Assembly (NCBI RefSeq): GCF_036971445.1 | Contig: NC_091470.1 | Coordinates: 106,702,001-106,766,000, forward strand | DNA: 64,000 nucleotides | Origin: Narcine bancroftii | Taxonomy: Eukaryota | Direction of reading: 5' to 3' | Shown: in pieces, positions 13,381 to 26,349 of the stretch | How positions within the stretch are numbered: position 1 is the stretch's first letter | How the letters are laid out: every line of letters begins with the position of its first letter | Notes under the pieces: generated by a model | What the model was told of the DNA's origin: nothing | The model's input: only the letters and a program-made list of their open reading frames with translations | The model's database searches: none | Translations under genes and position numbers: made by a program

Positions 13381-16300
13381 AAATTCAGTCGCAATTAATG
13401 AAAGACATTAACATCTGATCAGGTTCTGGTGATGGAGATCGCTATTGATTGGTATTTATTGGTAAAACTCGTCATGTGTAACCAAGGGCTTGTTCCCGGC
13501 CTCTATGAATTACTTACTCAATGCAATTACATGAGCGAACTTCATCTGCTTCTATCATCCCTTGTATCCTAATTCCCAAGTATCCTAATTCAGTCCCGCT
13601 GCTTCATTGATCATAAGGTTAATACGATGTTCACAGTTTTCCTGTCCATCTATGTGTGCCATCACACCCCATGTGTTTCCAGAGTGTAGAGCTAAACATA
13701 GCTTTCAGGTCTTAAAATATACTGCGGCAAGGAAAATTAATAACAACACATAAACTAATATGGCAGGATCTGAATAAGATCAATGCCCCTATCTCGCTTT
13801 AGACTGGATTGAATAACACACATACCTACCAGGAAAGCAGTGTGCCTGGAAAAGCTCCTGTTATATTTTGTAGACTGAGGAAACTATTGTGACTGACTTC
13901 CCTCATTAGCATTTTTGGTCATTAATGATTATTTGCTTTTTTTCTGATTCCTTTAAGATCAACGTGATGACTTACTATTCAAGTTTTCTTGCCATCAACA
14001 AAGAAAACTAGTTCTCAGAAATTGCATTCACAGCGCCCTCTTGCCATTTGTTCTAAGAATGCACACCTCCCTTTAACTTTCCAACAACTGAACAGTACCT
14101 GAATTCCCGGCGGGAGAGACCAGCTGTTGGGACTTCATGTTCATTAGCATTTATTTCCCTTGAGAAATCCAAATGGGTAAAGTTTAAAATATTTCCTGTG
14201 GCTACCAAAACGGTGAAGGGGATATTGTGAGGGAGTGTTTAAATCCTCCTGGTACACCCTTTCACAGACATTATGTACATTACTGTGAGGCAAATATCAC
14301 TTTCATTCCTTAACTGAACAAAGGACGGTGTTACGAAGTTTGGTCAACAAGTTAAGTAGCTTTTTTCATCCCCGAGAGACCAGACTTCAGTCTTGCCCTC
14401 ATCTTTTATCTGAGTGGATTTTGCACATATTCCGTGATTTTGATCTGGGTGACCAGCTTTCTCGCCCCATGTCAAAGACCACTGTTTTGCTGGGCTAATT
14501 GACCACTGTCAATTGTCTGTTGTGTGTGGTTGAGTTTCAAAATATGTGTCGATGAGAATGATGGAAAAATAACAATGAATAACATAATTGGGTTTTGCAG
14601 GTCTGTGCATTTTCATTGGGATGTATGGCCTAATTCTATACTGTATGTCTCCTAAGTCTTCTTTAACTGCATTGAATTTGAGTCAGCGATATTTCCAATG
14701 AGATGTCATTGGAATTAATTCATCTCATTGAGAGAGCTGCAGACGCAAAAAAATTGAAATGGGACCGTTTATTGCAAAATGCAGAAAATCTCTCAATTCA
14801 TATGTTGTTAACAATTGCAAAGTGTGAAAACAAATTTAGTTGGCATAACAGTATCATAATTTCTCCTGCTTCACCACGAGTATTTAATACTGCTGATAAT
14901 CCACGTTAATAATTCATGTTTTATTTGAAGTTTTCAGTAACAGACATTCATCATTTTGAAACCTTGCTGAAGGTGGCTTAGTTTATAGTCTACATATTCA
15001 TTACTCTGAAAGCAAAAGGTTGTTTTTAGCTTCCTTTTCAAAGTTCAGTAAGATAGCCATGCTCATGTATTTTCCAATCTGTCTCTATTGATAACTCAGT
15101 GAGAAGATGAGTAATGCAACAGGTTGTTCTTTTTGGTGTATCTTGGATTCGAATGCATTTTGTACAAACTATGAGTATATAAATATATGGAATTCAATAT
15201 GAAACATAAGTGATGTTTCCTTGATTATTACATTTGCAACATCAGCTTTCAACGGTTATTGAAGATTACGCAAACTTAATATATGGATGTAAATAAAGGC
15301 ATCATATAAACAACGAAAATTTAACTTGTTTCCATCAGGTTCCCAGGCATATACATGTGGATATAAATTAAAAGCAAAGGGTAAAAATTCTAATAAATTG
15401 TGAATCCATTTAGTTGAATTTTAAACATTCGTCCAATTTACACGTGAACCGAGCAGGATGAAGATAGTTGCATTCAATTTAAGCGGAAAACTATGAAAGA
15501 AAATTCAGCAACTGTATTTTACATAATATTGCGAGTGATGATAACACACATCATCAGGAAGGACAGGTGTGACACTGAGGTTAGACAGTTTATTGAAGAC
15601 ATTGATGTGCTGAGTGGCACATTATTGGAAATGTTTTTACAATAAGTTGATTTGTAAATTTGAAAAACTGTATGCTGATGTGCATGGAAAGCTGAAAGTA
15701 ATGTTCTAGCCCTGAAATCGGATTTAGAAGAATGAATCAGGATATTAATGCTGGATTTACCTAGAATACAGGAAAAATGTAGGTTTGCATGATATACCTC
15801 CTTACTCTGTTGACAACATTCACTTGCAATTCACTTTATATTTACTTGTGAAACCATGTTGTAATCAATCTGAATATATCAGAGCAAATAAATGGGGAAA
15901 ATAAGGTAGGACATAGTTAGAAAATTGAACAAAATGAAAAAGGCCGTTTTCTTTACATTCCCAGTAACTTGCGTTTTCTCCCTGATGAAGTTTTATTCCA
16001 ATTCATTATCGTTAAATATGAACACCAAGTAGATGTGCACCACGCAAATAGTTTGATCGGTCGCATTCATGGACGCAGACCGTCATGTTTATCAATGCAA
16101 ATCGTTTGATCATTATGCTTGAATTCGTTTGTATTCCGGGCAAAAAGCCTCGTGGTTTTCTTTGTTCCTGTCTCTTCCAGCTCCCCGAGCACTTTCTTCC
16201 AGAAGCAATCAACACTCTGAGTGGTGTACCTTCCCATTCAGACTTTACTTAAACACATCTTGTGTCTTTAAAACGGTGGCCTTTTAATTCGACACCATAA

Positions 16301-16574
16301 CCCTTACAAAATAAGTGTGATTATCTAACATATCCAATAGGTCCATAAATTATGATCCACTTTAAAGGCAGCCTCAGCCTCCTGCGCACCATAGACAACA
16401 GTAGCAGCCTCTCGAAGTCCCACAATTCACATTATGTGACAGATTTCATCTGGTCCCGTGGAAGCTTACAGTGGTTGTCAATCAATATCTCTGAAAACAC
16501 TTTCGCCATACACCCATGGAAGATCACAGATGGACAGATTCGTTGAAACTGGTTTGTCCACTCACGCCTGATAG

Positions 16575-17190
16575 TGATTTTAAGATATTTATAGACTCAT
16601 ATATTCCAAATAAAGCGAACACATTTTAACGAAAAAATAATAATTATCATGTAAATTATATGTTATTTTTTCCATATAAATACAAGACCTCAATTCATTA
16701 TGCCAACGATCTATATTAACCTCGACATTATCTTTCCAAGTAATTGCAACACATTCCCGTGACCCTGATAACGAGAAATGAACAAAAGCTATCTTTAACT
16801 AATCCAACCACAAATCAGTCAAAGAAACCACATAACCCAAAAAAAAATCTTCTGGGTCTAATGGCAATTTAATTTTGTTCTAGATATGTCAAATAAATCA
16901 AGAGATAATCAGCAAATAGATTAATCTTATCTGCGTCATTTGCAATTCTTATCTGATAATATTCTTAGATTGATAATGTTGATCAATGCATCGAGAAAAC
17001 ATCCCAACCAACCAAATGGTAGTTGCGCTTGATGTGGAAAAAGCATTTGATTGGGTTGAGTGTAATTTTTATGGGTGTTGGAGAAGTTTAATTTCCGCCC
17101 CCTATTTACTGGTTAGGTTAAATCATGATATAAAAATCTGATTGCTAGCGTGCTGACGAATGGCCAAACCTCTTTGCCAGTTAAATCATG
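16575..17190. mobile_element. L1/Tx1-type fragment with internal inversion (minus-strand 3' part plus plus-strand RT part)
   Basis: 16580-16880 matches 28040-28340; 16900-17185 reads MVVALDVEKAFDWVE...LEKFNF...VLTNGQTS on the plus strand. Confidence 0.75.
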
Positions 17191-18126
17191 CAGGATTATA
17201 TTCAAATAGTTCATTTGATGATAACTGTCTGTGCCTGTATTATGAACGCTTCTTTTCCTGAAAACAAGAATTTATTTAATTTCTCCCCGAACTTTCCATA
17301 CTTGCTTCTTACTTTTACATGCTCTTTGCTTTGTTCTTCTTTTAGAACTGGCATATCCGCAACCACTCATCTAGCCCGAGCCCATAGGAAATGAAAAGAA
17401 GCAATGGGAGAGTTTTGCTTACCGTCCTCCCAGGGAAACTGTGAATTATGGAAACGGACCGTCATCTCATGTGTGAAACTTTCATTGTGACCATAAGCAC
17501 ATACGTTTGAGGAGCTGTCAACAAGAAAATTTGGGATCTATGAGAGACAATTCTTAAATAGATTATAAATGAGGTTGAATTTTGCCATCAGGGTCAAAGT
17601 CATAGACGGTTAGGGAAAGGAAGCAGAAATTGGGTTCTGAAGTATATAATCAGCAATGTTAGTTGGATATGTTGGCAGAGGATTAAGGGGATGAATGGCG
17701 GACACCCGAAACCTTCTTTACATGATGACGATGATTATCATTACATATCTGACATAATTAAAGAGCCAAGATAATCCCAATTCCTATTTAGAAGGGGATT
17801 TCAACCATCACCGGTATGGATTTAATGCTTCTCAGTTCCACGAAACGCCCCTTTGTTGGGCGCCGATGGTAACACAGAGTTTATGGTCCCCATTGCGGTT
17901 CATGTGCAGGTGGAACGGACAGTTTGAGAGCCCATGAAGAGAACGTAATACCAGTCGGACACGTAGATCATATTGAACTATGGCCCGATTAAGACGAGAA
18001 CAATAGAATCGCCATTCTCGGAAAGGTAAATATTTTTCTATTAAACGTCATTAAACACAGTTTATTCTTTGATGCTTTACTTCAAATATAACTATGTATT
18101 GTGGATGTAACGGAGATATTACTCAC

Positions 18127-18258
18127 AAAAGGTGTTGAGATCACTGTGGACAACCATGAGCATGAGCGAATCAGCGGCCGCACTGCCCGCCCTAAAACGA
18201 CAATCTTGGGAATATATGTTTTTGCTGTCATCACTTTTATCATCGGCAGGGCCCGTAT
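18127..18258 (-). CDS. Duplicated candidate cytoplasmic exon (DTGPADDKSDDSKNIYSQDCRFRAGSAAADSLMLMVVHSDLNTF)
   Basis: ttccacccag/gtgagt; 132 nt, open; 18 nt longer than its paralog, frame preserved. Confidence 0.45.
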
Positions 18259-18391
18259 CTGGGTGGAATTAGAGATTAACAATGGCAAGATAGAGCGAAA
18301 TTCCCACTCGCATGATGCGCAGTTTGATGGATGAAATATCTTGATCTTCATCCTGGATGTTAACACGACGCACAAATACTGCACGCTGATT

Positions 18392-18417
18392 TCACATATA
18401 AATCCCGACAAAGCAGT
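18392..18417 (-). CDS. Duplicated candidate terminal exon (DCFVGIYM-stop)
   Basis: Paralog of 25643-25668 with tttgctcag acceptor. Confidence 0.35.
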
Positions 18418-18640
18418 CTGAGCAAACAAATAATGGTCATTACTTCGTTCCATTCCACTCTTAGTTGCACTCGAGTGAGATGTTTCAAATTCAAACATGT
18501 TCACTGGCTTCTTTTAACATATGTCCATTAAAAATAGTTATATTACCTGTTATTTCGCGACAGACGCATCCGGATAGATTTTGATCACAAACTGATAAAA
18601 TAATATAAGATAAAGTGGAAAGTGCCAAATTGCGTCAAAC

Positions 18641-18751
18641 CATAAACACGGGAATTGTTTCCATGAGGAGGTTCTGGCTCCAGAATTGCAGCATCCGAAG
18701 GGTCGCTCGTGTAATATTCTATTAGATTGATGAAATCAATCGTTCCAGAGG
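18641..18751 (-). CDS. Duplicated cytoplasmic exon 2' (ASGTIDFINLIEYYTSDPSDAAILEPEPPHGNNSRVY); alternative exon or pseudo-exon
   Basis: ccttcag/gtttga intact; 111 nt, open. Confidence 0.55.
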
Positions 18752-20289
18752 CTGAAGGTCAATGCAATTACAGTTATTGTAGAGATTATTTTGGATATTG
18801 AGGCAGTATTCACCATTGATTATTATGAAAATGACGGTATCGGCATATGGCACAAGACATCATTGCAGAAATCCATACAAGACAGCGGGATCATGGAGGT
18901 GGTGATTTTATTTTCGGTCAGTAAATCTTTCTGGTCTTGTCTATCCGTTTAGCCTGTCAACCCCCTATATTGTGGCTTCTAATCTAGTGCATGCATTAGG
19001 GCTAGTATTAATCGGATCATGTGGGTCACTTTTGGGGAATGTATGACCTATTCAAAGAGAATGGATGACACTTGAACCGAAAGGTGTCCAAATTAGTTAA
19101 AACTAATTTGGCACGAGCTTCGATCCAGTGCTTGGGCTGATGATGGGTGAATCAGCTACTGAAATTCCAATATTTGGGACTGTAAGATTTCACGTAACCT
19201 TTGAAATATCCGTGACACCAGCCAGAGGATTGGTCCACAATCAGACAACGAATACCCAATGATCAATGGAACGACGAGATTGGATTATATTCACATAGGA
19301 CAGTGTCTGGAATTTGTTTGAAAGGAAGAAACTGAGGCATAAACATAAACTTTGCGACACCACCTATCAGCACAGTACAGTAGTTGATGAGACAAGCGAT
19401 CCGCCCTGCAGTGCTATGCAGTGTAGCGAATGATTGCATAAATCCCAGCTCCACGTTCTGCACGGATATCACCCAGTATGTATCCAACACGCCACTCTTG
19501 CCACGAATGTCCTCTCGGTGAATTCAATCGTGCGTCCCCTCATTCGTCAATAATTTCTACTCGGTTTTAATGATTTAAAAAAGCATTATACCTACGCATG
19601 AAGGCTAAGTGAATTGAATAATCCAAAAAAGAAGTTTCTCTGAATTGATTGATCTGAACTCGGCACGTGAGAACATTACACCCTACTAAATCTGTAAGTT
19701 ACTATTTGACTTGAAAGCAAGATATGTTCGGATCTCAAAAGTCTGTTTACTCCCTGTTCAGAAAGCCCCAGCCAAAGCACCACCCAGTTTGTGCTCTTCG
19801 AAAGTCACCCGCCGTGAATTAAGGCTGATGTTCAAACGTTACTCGGGTGCATTGAAGAGTGTCTATCCTGCTGTGGTTACCGGCGATCCCCCCTCATGCC
19901 GAGAGATATTTGGCCAGAATTGGGAAATCATGGCTTCAGCAATTTTACTGTGTTCTGGTTTAAGTGGCGAGCAATGAAATCTAAAAGCACCCTGAAAATT
20001 CCAGTGCCTTGTTCTTATTTAATAGTGAATATCAATGGTCCTTCTTGATCATTTTTTAGCAATGTTCATATCAACGAACAATTAAGTATTGATTATCAGC
20101 TTTTTAATTAAAAATACCAAATATAAATTTTGATTCAAAGTATAAATATTGATCATAGGGGGTTACCAAATCTATGAAGGGGATATTGCGAGGGAGTGTA
20201 TTCATCCACACTGGACGCCCTTTCACAGATATTATGTACTTTAATATGAGGAAAACATCACTTTCATTCTTCAACTGAACAAAGGACTG

Positions 20290-20610
20290 TGTTATAATGT
20301 TTGGTGAACATGTAGAGTAGATTTTTTAAACTCCGAGAGACTTGGCTTCAATCTTGCCCTCACCTATTATCTGAGCGAATATTGCACGCTTTCCGTGTTT
20401 TTGCTCTGCGTGACCAACTTTCTCCCCACATGCCAAAGACCAACGTTTTGCTGGGTTAACTGACCACTGTCAATTGCCTGTTGTGTGTGATTGAATTGCA
20501 AAATATGTGCCGATGAAAATGATGGGAAAAGTAACAATGGAATGAATTCCATAATTGGGTGTTGCTGGTCTGTGCATTTTCATTGGGATCGATGGCCTAT
20601 TTCTATACGT
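20290..20610 (+). mobile_element. Decayed V-SINE-like element (paralog 14330-14640; others ~54700-54850 minus, ~55010-55170 plus)
   Basis: Core resembling ttgcacg.ttc.ccgtg...ttcctcccacat.ccaaagac...ttaattg.cca.tgt.aattgcc. Confidence 0.55.
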
Positions 20611-21470
20611 CTCCCAAGTCTTCTTTAACTGCATTGAATTTGAGTCAGCGATATTTCCAATGAGATGTCATCGGACTAACTTCCTCTCATTTAACGAGCT
20701 GCAGGCACAAATAAATTGAAATGGGACCGTTTATTGAAAAATGCGGAAAGATCTCAATTCATAGTTTATTGACAATGCAAAGTGTGAAAATAAATGCCGT
20801 TTACATTATACTTTGCAAATGTAGTTTGATTCATTTCCTGCTTCACCACGAATATTTAATTCTGTTCAAAATCCACATTATTAATGTGGATTCCGGTTTT
20901 AAGAACTATTTTCAAAAGTATAGTTTGAAACCGAATTGTGCTATCCACTGACTTTTTCCATTGCAAGGTGGAGTATTATGGAAACGTATAGTCGAATCTT
21001 TTATACATTTAAACTTTTTATGTGTCATTTGGTAAACAAAAACTTTTGAAATTAACACCAATAAATGAAGAAAGAAGAATTGAAAATATTTGACGTGGGA
21101 TAAGCAGCAAGTGGTGACGTAGTCGACGGACTCTTCTTACATAATTCAACTGCAGACAATTTCAGATCAATTTTGGGAAATAGATTTCCAACTAAGTCAT
21201 TCCTTCTGAATATGGTAGTGTAGTAAAATCGGGATTTGCTTATAGCACCCATTGATCATTGAGTATGTGGCGCTGAATTTCCTTTCCGAAATGTCGGAGT
21301 CAATGATTGAATAATATTTTGTGAGCATTTGGAGAAAGGATTTAGGAGTTACGTGTATTCATGAATTTCTTTCCAGAACTAAGGGGATTTTATTTTATAA
21401 AGGAGCAGAATTAATTGGACTGAAATTTATTTATCCGAGTGCGAAATAGGTGACATGACAACCTCTACAC

Positions 21471-22487
21471 CAGGGAGGGCCAAATTCACAGAGGGCCAAA
21501 ATTAAAAAATTGTACTAAGTCGAGGGCCGAACTAAATATTGATTGAAAATTTTCAACAACATCTGTATGTTTTCTCTTCTTTCAACATATGTATTGTTAA
21601 ACTTTTTCTTATTAAAATAAATGTTTAATAATAGTTTTGGATAAACTCTTTCCAGAAGCATTAACAAATGAAAAATAAAATATTCAATAAATAATATTTC
21701 TCTATAGAGGATTTGTCAAATGTTGCTAGTGTGCTGTCGAATGGTAAAATCTGAGGGCTATTGAGAATGTGGGAGAATAACATCATTCCTGAAACAATCA
21801 AATGGCTATCTGATTGTGGGCATGAACTCTAGCAGGGTTATTAGCCATGCCCTTTTTCCATTGGTATAGATATCCTTTGATTTACACACTTTCAAGTTTT
21901 ATGCCTAATGAGCTTGTATCCAGGTGCAGGACCATTTTTAACCAGGAATATATTTATCACTGTGACATGAAACTATTGGAAGATCGTTTTATCCTGAGAT
22001 TAAAGTTCATAATACTTACTCAGGCCTGTGTGCGGGAGGGCGGGGTTTGCGGGTGATCGGGTTGGACAACGACAGTGGGGGGGCATCTGCTCCCACTGCA
22101 GGGCGACATCTCGGCAGATCAGCGGCCCCGTCACCGTGAGTCGCGGATCGGCCTGCGGCAGGGAGAGGGTGTGGGCAATGGTCCTGGCGAGGTCAGGCCC
22201 GAGGCTCCGGTTCCGGGCGCTGGGAAGAAGCCTTGGCTTCCCCTGATCCCGGCCATGCCCCAAAACCAGAGTCCACAGTGAGACCCTGCAACGTAAACAG
22301 AGGAGGTCGGGGCAATTAGCAGGCTGACGCCAATGCATTCTGGGATTTGTTGTATTGCTGTGCATGCACTATACTGGCGCGGCGGCCAGCGGGCCACCTC
22401 CAATACATTTTTTAAATGATCTTGCGGGACAAATATAATTATATCGGGGGCCAAATTTGGCCCGCGGGCCAGAATTTGACATGTGTG
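21471..22487. mobile_element. Non-autonomous hAT (Charlie-like) DNA transposon
   Basis: Perfect 8-bp TSD ctctacac (21463-21470 and 22488-22495); imperfect TIRs CAGGGAGGGCCAAATTC / CACACATGTCAAATTC; absent from the paralogous block. Confidence 0.85.
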
Positions 22488-23989
22488 CTCTACACCATTT
22501 CGGTTCTGCTGACTATCCAAAGTTATTTTCTGTTCTTCAGCATCTTATTACATTGCAGAGGGAATTTTAGAGATTGAGTCCACAAGTTTAACAAATATTT
22601 AAAATTACTTCAATATGGTATCCTTCAAATTAGAGATCTTCAGTCATTTCTTTTCTAAATGCCAATTCCTCTTACATGTTGCAGAGGCACTTACATTGGT
22701 GACACAAATCATACATCTGTACGGGCATAAAACTGAGGTCAGACATTTTATTGAAGACATTGATGTGCTGAGTAGATCATAAGTGGAAACGTTTTTTAGC
22801 AATAAGTTGATTTGTTTATTTTTATTTGAAGGTTTCAGTAACAGACGCTCATCATTTTAAAACCTTGCACCAGCTGGCGTATTTTACAGTCTATCTATTC
22901 ATTACTCTGAAGTGCAAAGATATTTTCTTCTTCCATTTCAAAGTTCAGAATGAAAGTCGTATTCCAGTCTGTATCTATTGCTCACCCAGTGAGAGAACGA
23001 GTAATGCATTAGGTTGATCTGTTTAGTATATCTTGGATTTGAAAGCATTTTCGCAAACCTATGAGCATATCAATATAAATTTCCATATGAAACATAAATG
23101 ATGTTGCCTCTATTAATACATTTACAATATCAGTATTCCACAGTTACTGAACATGATGCAAACTTAATGTATGACTGTAAATAAAGGCCTCATATAATCA
23201 ACAAACGAATAATTTGATCACATCTGGTGCCTAATCATATATATATGGATATAATTTATATGCAAAGAAAAAAATTCTAATAAATTGTGAATCCATGCAA
23301 TTCGATTTTCATCATTCGTCCAGTTCATGGGTGTAAAGATTGTAACATTCACGTTATGGGAACATTATGAAGTGATTTCAGTAACTGTATTTTCCATAAG
23401 ATTACGAGTGATGATAGCTCAAATCACAAGGCAGAATAGTCGTGACTAAGGTCAGACAGTTTTTTGAAGCCATGAACATGCAGAATGGAACATTATTGCA
23501 TTTGTTTACAATGAGTTGATTTGTAAATTTGAAGAAATATGTGTTCATCTTCATGGAAAGCTGGACATCATGTTCTAGCTCTTATAACAGACTTAGAAGA
23601 ATATATCCGGATATTAATGCTGAGTTTACCTGAAATATAATCCAAATAACAGGACATTTAGCTTGACATACCTCCTTACTTTGTTGACAACATTCACCTA
23701 CAATTCACTTTATATTTAATTGTGAAACCATGGTGTAGTCTATCTGAACACATCAGAACAATTAAATGGGTCAAATAAGGCACGATATTGAAATAAATGT
23801 AAACTTGCGTTTTTCACCCTGATTATGTTATATTGCAATTCATTATAGTTAAATGTGCACACCATGTCGAATGTACACCATGGAAATGGTTTGATCGGAC
23901 GAATTCATGTCCTCCAACCGTCATATCGATCAATGCACATCGTTTCCCAATTTTGCTTGAATTACTTTGCATTCCGGGCACGCATCTTC

Positions 23990-24240
23990 ATCTCTTTCAT
24001 TTTCCCTGCCTCCTCCACGTCCCCGTGCAAGTTGTTCCACAACTTATAAACATCCTGAGTGGAAAATCTTCCCGCTCAGACTTTTCTTAATCATGTCACG
24101 TGTTCACTTAAAAACGGCGTCTTCTTAATTAGTCCACAGAACCTTTGCAAATTAAGTGCGATTATCTAACATATCCAATAGATGCATAAATTTATGATCC
24201 AGTTCAAAGTCACCCCTCAGCCTCCTGCATCCCACTGACA
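23990..24240 (-). mobile_element. CR1 3' fragment (paralog ~16170-16400)
   Basis: RRLRGD...KFM..LD..DN...L.GK.F.Q.V..LWN decayed motif. Confidence 0.65.
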
Positions 24241-25395
24241 GAAGCAACAGCCAACCAAAGTCGCGCAAGTCACACCATGTTACGGATTTCATGTGGCTCC
24301 GTGGAAGTTTCCACTTGATTGTAAATCATTAACTCTGATACACACTTTCCTGATATACACATTGCAGATCGCGCCCCATGGTGTATACAGGCGCGAAGTT
24401 GTCATTCAGGACACCACACCTACTCAGTTCACTGACTTCCACTTTCGTCCTGAAGAGGACCTGGCTATCCATTTGTCTGAAACATATTTAGTAAAAGCTT
24501 TTGGAATAATTTATTGATTGTGCTGACCCAGGCTCCCTTATGCCCACTTCTCATCCACTATAATCTTCAAATAATTAATTTGATGACAATTTTCTGCGCC
24601 TGTCTTACGTAGCCTTCCTTTCCTGAAAACAAGAATTGATTTAATATCTCCGTGAACCTTGCCATCCTTGCTACTTCTTTTTACATGCTCTTTTCTTTGT
24701 GCTTCTTCCAGAACTGGCATATATTCAATCAGTCACTTAGCGCTAGCCCATAGGGAATGGACACAAGCAATGGAAGCATTGTGCTTACCGTCCTCCAAGG
24801 GAAGCTGTGAATTATGGAACTGGACTGTCCTCTCATGTCGGCACTGGTGGTATGAACTTCGCATTGTGACGATTATCACGTGCGTCGGAAGAGCAGACAA
24901 CCAGAAAATTGGGATCTATGAGAGACCATTCATAAATAGATTGAAAATGTAGTTGAATGTTCTGACCAGGGCCAAAGTCATAGAGGGTTCGGAAAAGGAA
25001 GCAGAAATTGGGTAATGAAGTTATATAATCAGCAATGATGGTTGTGTATATTGGCAGAGCATCAAGGGGATGAATGGGGGACACCAGGATATTCTTCACA
25101 TTATGGTGATGATTATCAGTAGATAGTAAGGAGCGAGGATAATCCAAATTCTTACTAAGAAGGGGATTTCAACCATTACCAGTTCCTCGAAAGGGCCTTT
25201 TTTAGGGAGCCGGCAGCAAGATAGATTATCATGACCATTGATGTTGGATCGAACTTGGATCATATTGAACAATCAGAATCGCCATTCTCGCATTTATACA
25301 TTGTTTTTATGAAACTTGGCATTAAACATACTTTATGTGAATGCTTTGTTTCAAAGACAACTATATGATGTGGGTGTAACTGAGACATAACTCAC

Positions 25396-25509
25396 CGTGG
25401 ACAACAGTGAGCGCGAGCGGATCATCGGCAGAACTGCCTGCCCTCAACCGACAGTCTTGGCAATCAATAATTTTGCTCTCATCACGTTGAGAGTCGACAG
25501 GGCCTATAT
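25396..25509 (-). CDS. Candidate alternative or relict cytoplasmic exon (DIGPVDSQRDESKIIDCQDCRLRAGSSADDPLALTVVH)
   Basis: Strong acceptor tctttatttcctcccag and donor gtgagt; 114 nt, open, phase 1-1; paralog at 18127-18258 is also open. Confidence 0.6.
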
Positions 25510-25642
25510 CTGGGAGGAAATAAAGATTGACAATAGCAAGTCAGAGCGAAATTCCCACTCGTGTGATTCACAGTTCGACGGATGAAATATCTTGATCCTT
25601 GTCCTGGATATTAATACCAGGCACAAACACTTCGAGCACATT

Positions 25643-25668
25643 TCACACATCAGTGCCGACAAAGCAGT
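25643..25668 (-). CDS. Candidate terminal coding exon (DCFVGTDV-stop)
   Basis: ttatttgtttgatcag acceptor; TGA at the same position as in paralog 18392-18417. Confidence 0.5.
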
Positions 25669-25890
25669 CTGATCAAACAAATAATGGTCATTACTTCGTT
25701 CCATTCCACACTTAGCTACACTCGAGTGAGATGTTTCAAATTCAAACATGATCACTGGCTTATTTTTACATAATCCCATTAAAATAGTTATATTCACTGT
25801 TATTTCATGACAGACATATCCGGAGAGATTTTGATCACAAACTGATTAAATTATATTAGATAAAGTGGAAAGCTTCAAAATGTTTCAAAC

Positions 25891-26001
25891 CATATAATCG
25901 CGAACTGTTTTCATGAGGAGGTTCCGGCTCAAGAAGTGCAGCATCCGAAGGGTCGCTCGTGTAATAGTCTATTTGATTGATGAAATCAATTGATCCAGAA
26001 G
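25891..26001 (-). CDS. Cytoplasmic exon 2 (ASGSIDFINQIDYYTSDPSDAALLEPEPPHENSSRLY)
   Basis: cctctag/gtttga; 111 nt, phase 1-1, open; length and frame conserved in the paralog at 18641-18751. Confidence 0.8.
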
Positions 26002-26349
26002 CTAGAGGTCAATGCAATTACAGATATTGTAGAGATTATTTTGGATATTGAGGCAGTATTTACATTTGTTTATTATGACAATTACGGTATCGTGATATGG
26101 CACAAAACATCATTGCAGAAAACCATACAACAAGACAGCGGGATCATGGCGATGGTGATTTCTTTTTTGGGAAGAAGTCCTTTCCGGCCTTGTCTATCCA
26201 TTTATTGTGTCAACCCCAACGGTATGGCTTACAAGCTAATGCAAGCCACTGGACTACAAATTATTGGATCATTGGGATCTCTTTTGGGGAATGTATGACA
26301 TATTCAAAAAGAATGGATGACACTTGAGCCAAAATGGTTCCAATATCCC

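Larger units (their letters stand above)
14200..20155 (+). repeat. Older internal tandem duplication of the gene 3' region (paralog of ~20160-34585 with a deletion spanning the TM and cytoplasmic-1 exons)
   Basis: Collinear blocks by eye: 14200-14915~20160-20885; 14925-16540~22820-24370; 17200-19090~24570-26340; 19155-20150~33595-34585. Confidence 0.9.

Noticed and set aside
18082-18504. 140-aa minus-strand ORF from the track
   Set aside because: The splice-site-bounded frames conserved in the paralog are different; this frame is truncated in the paralog (25504-25797).
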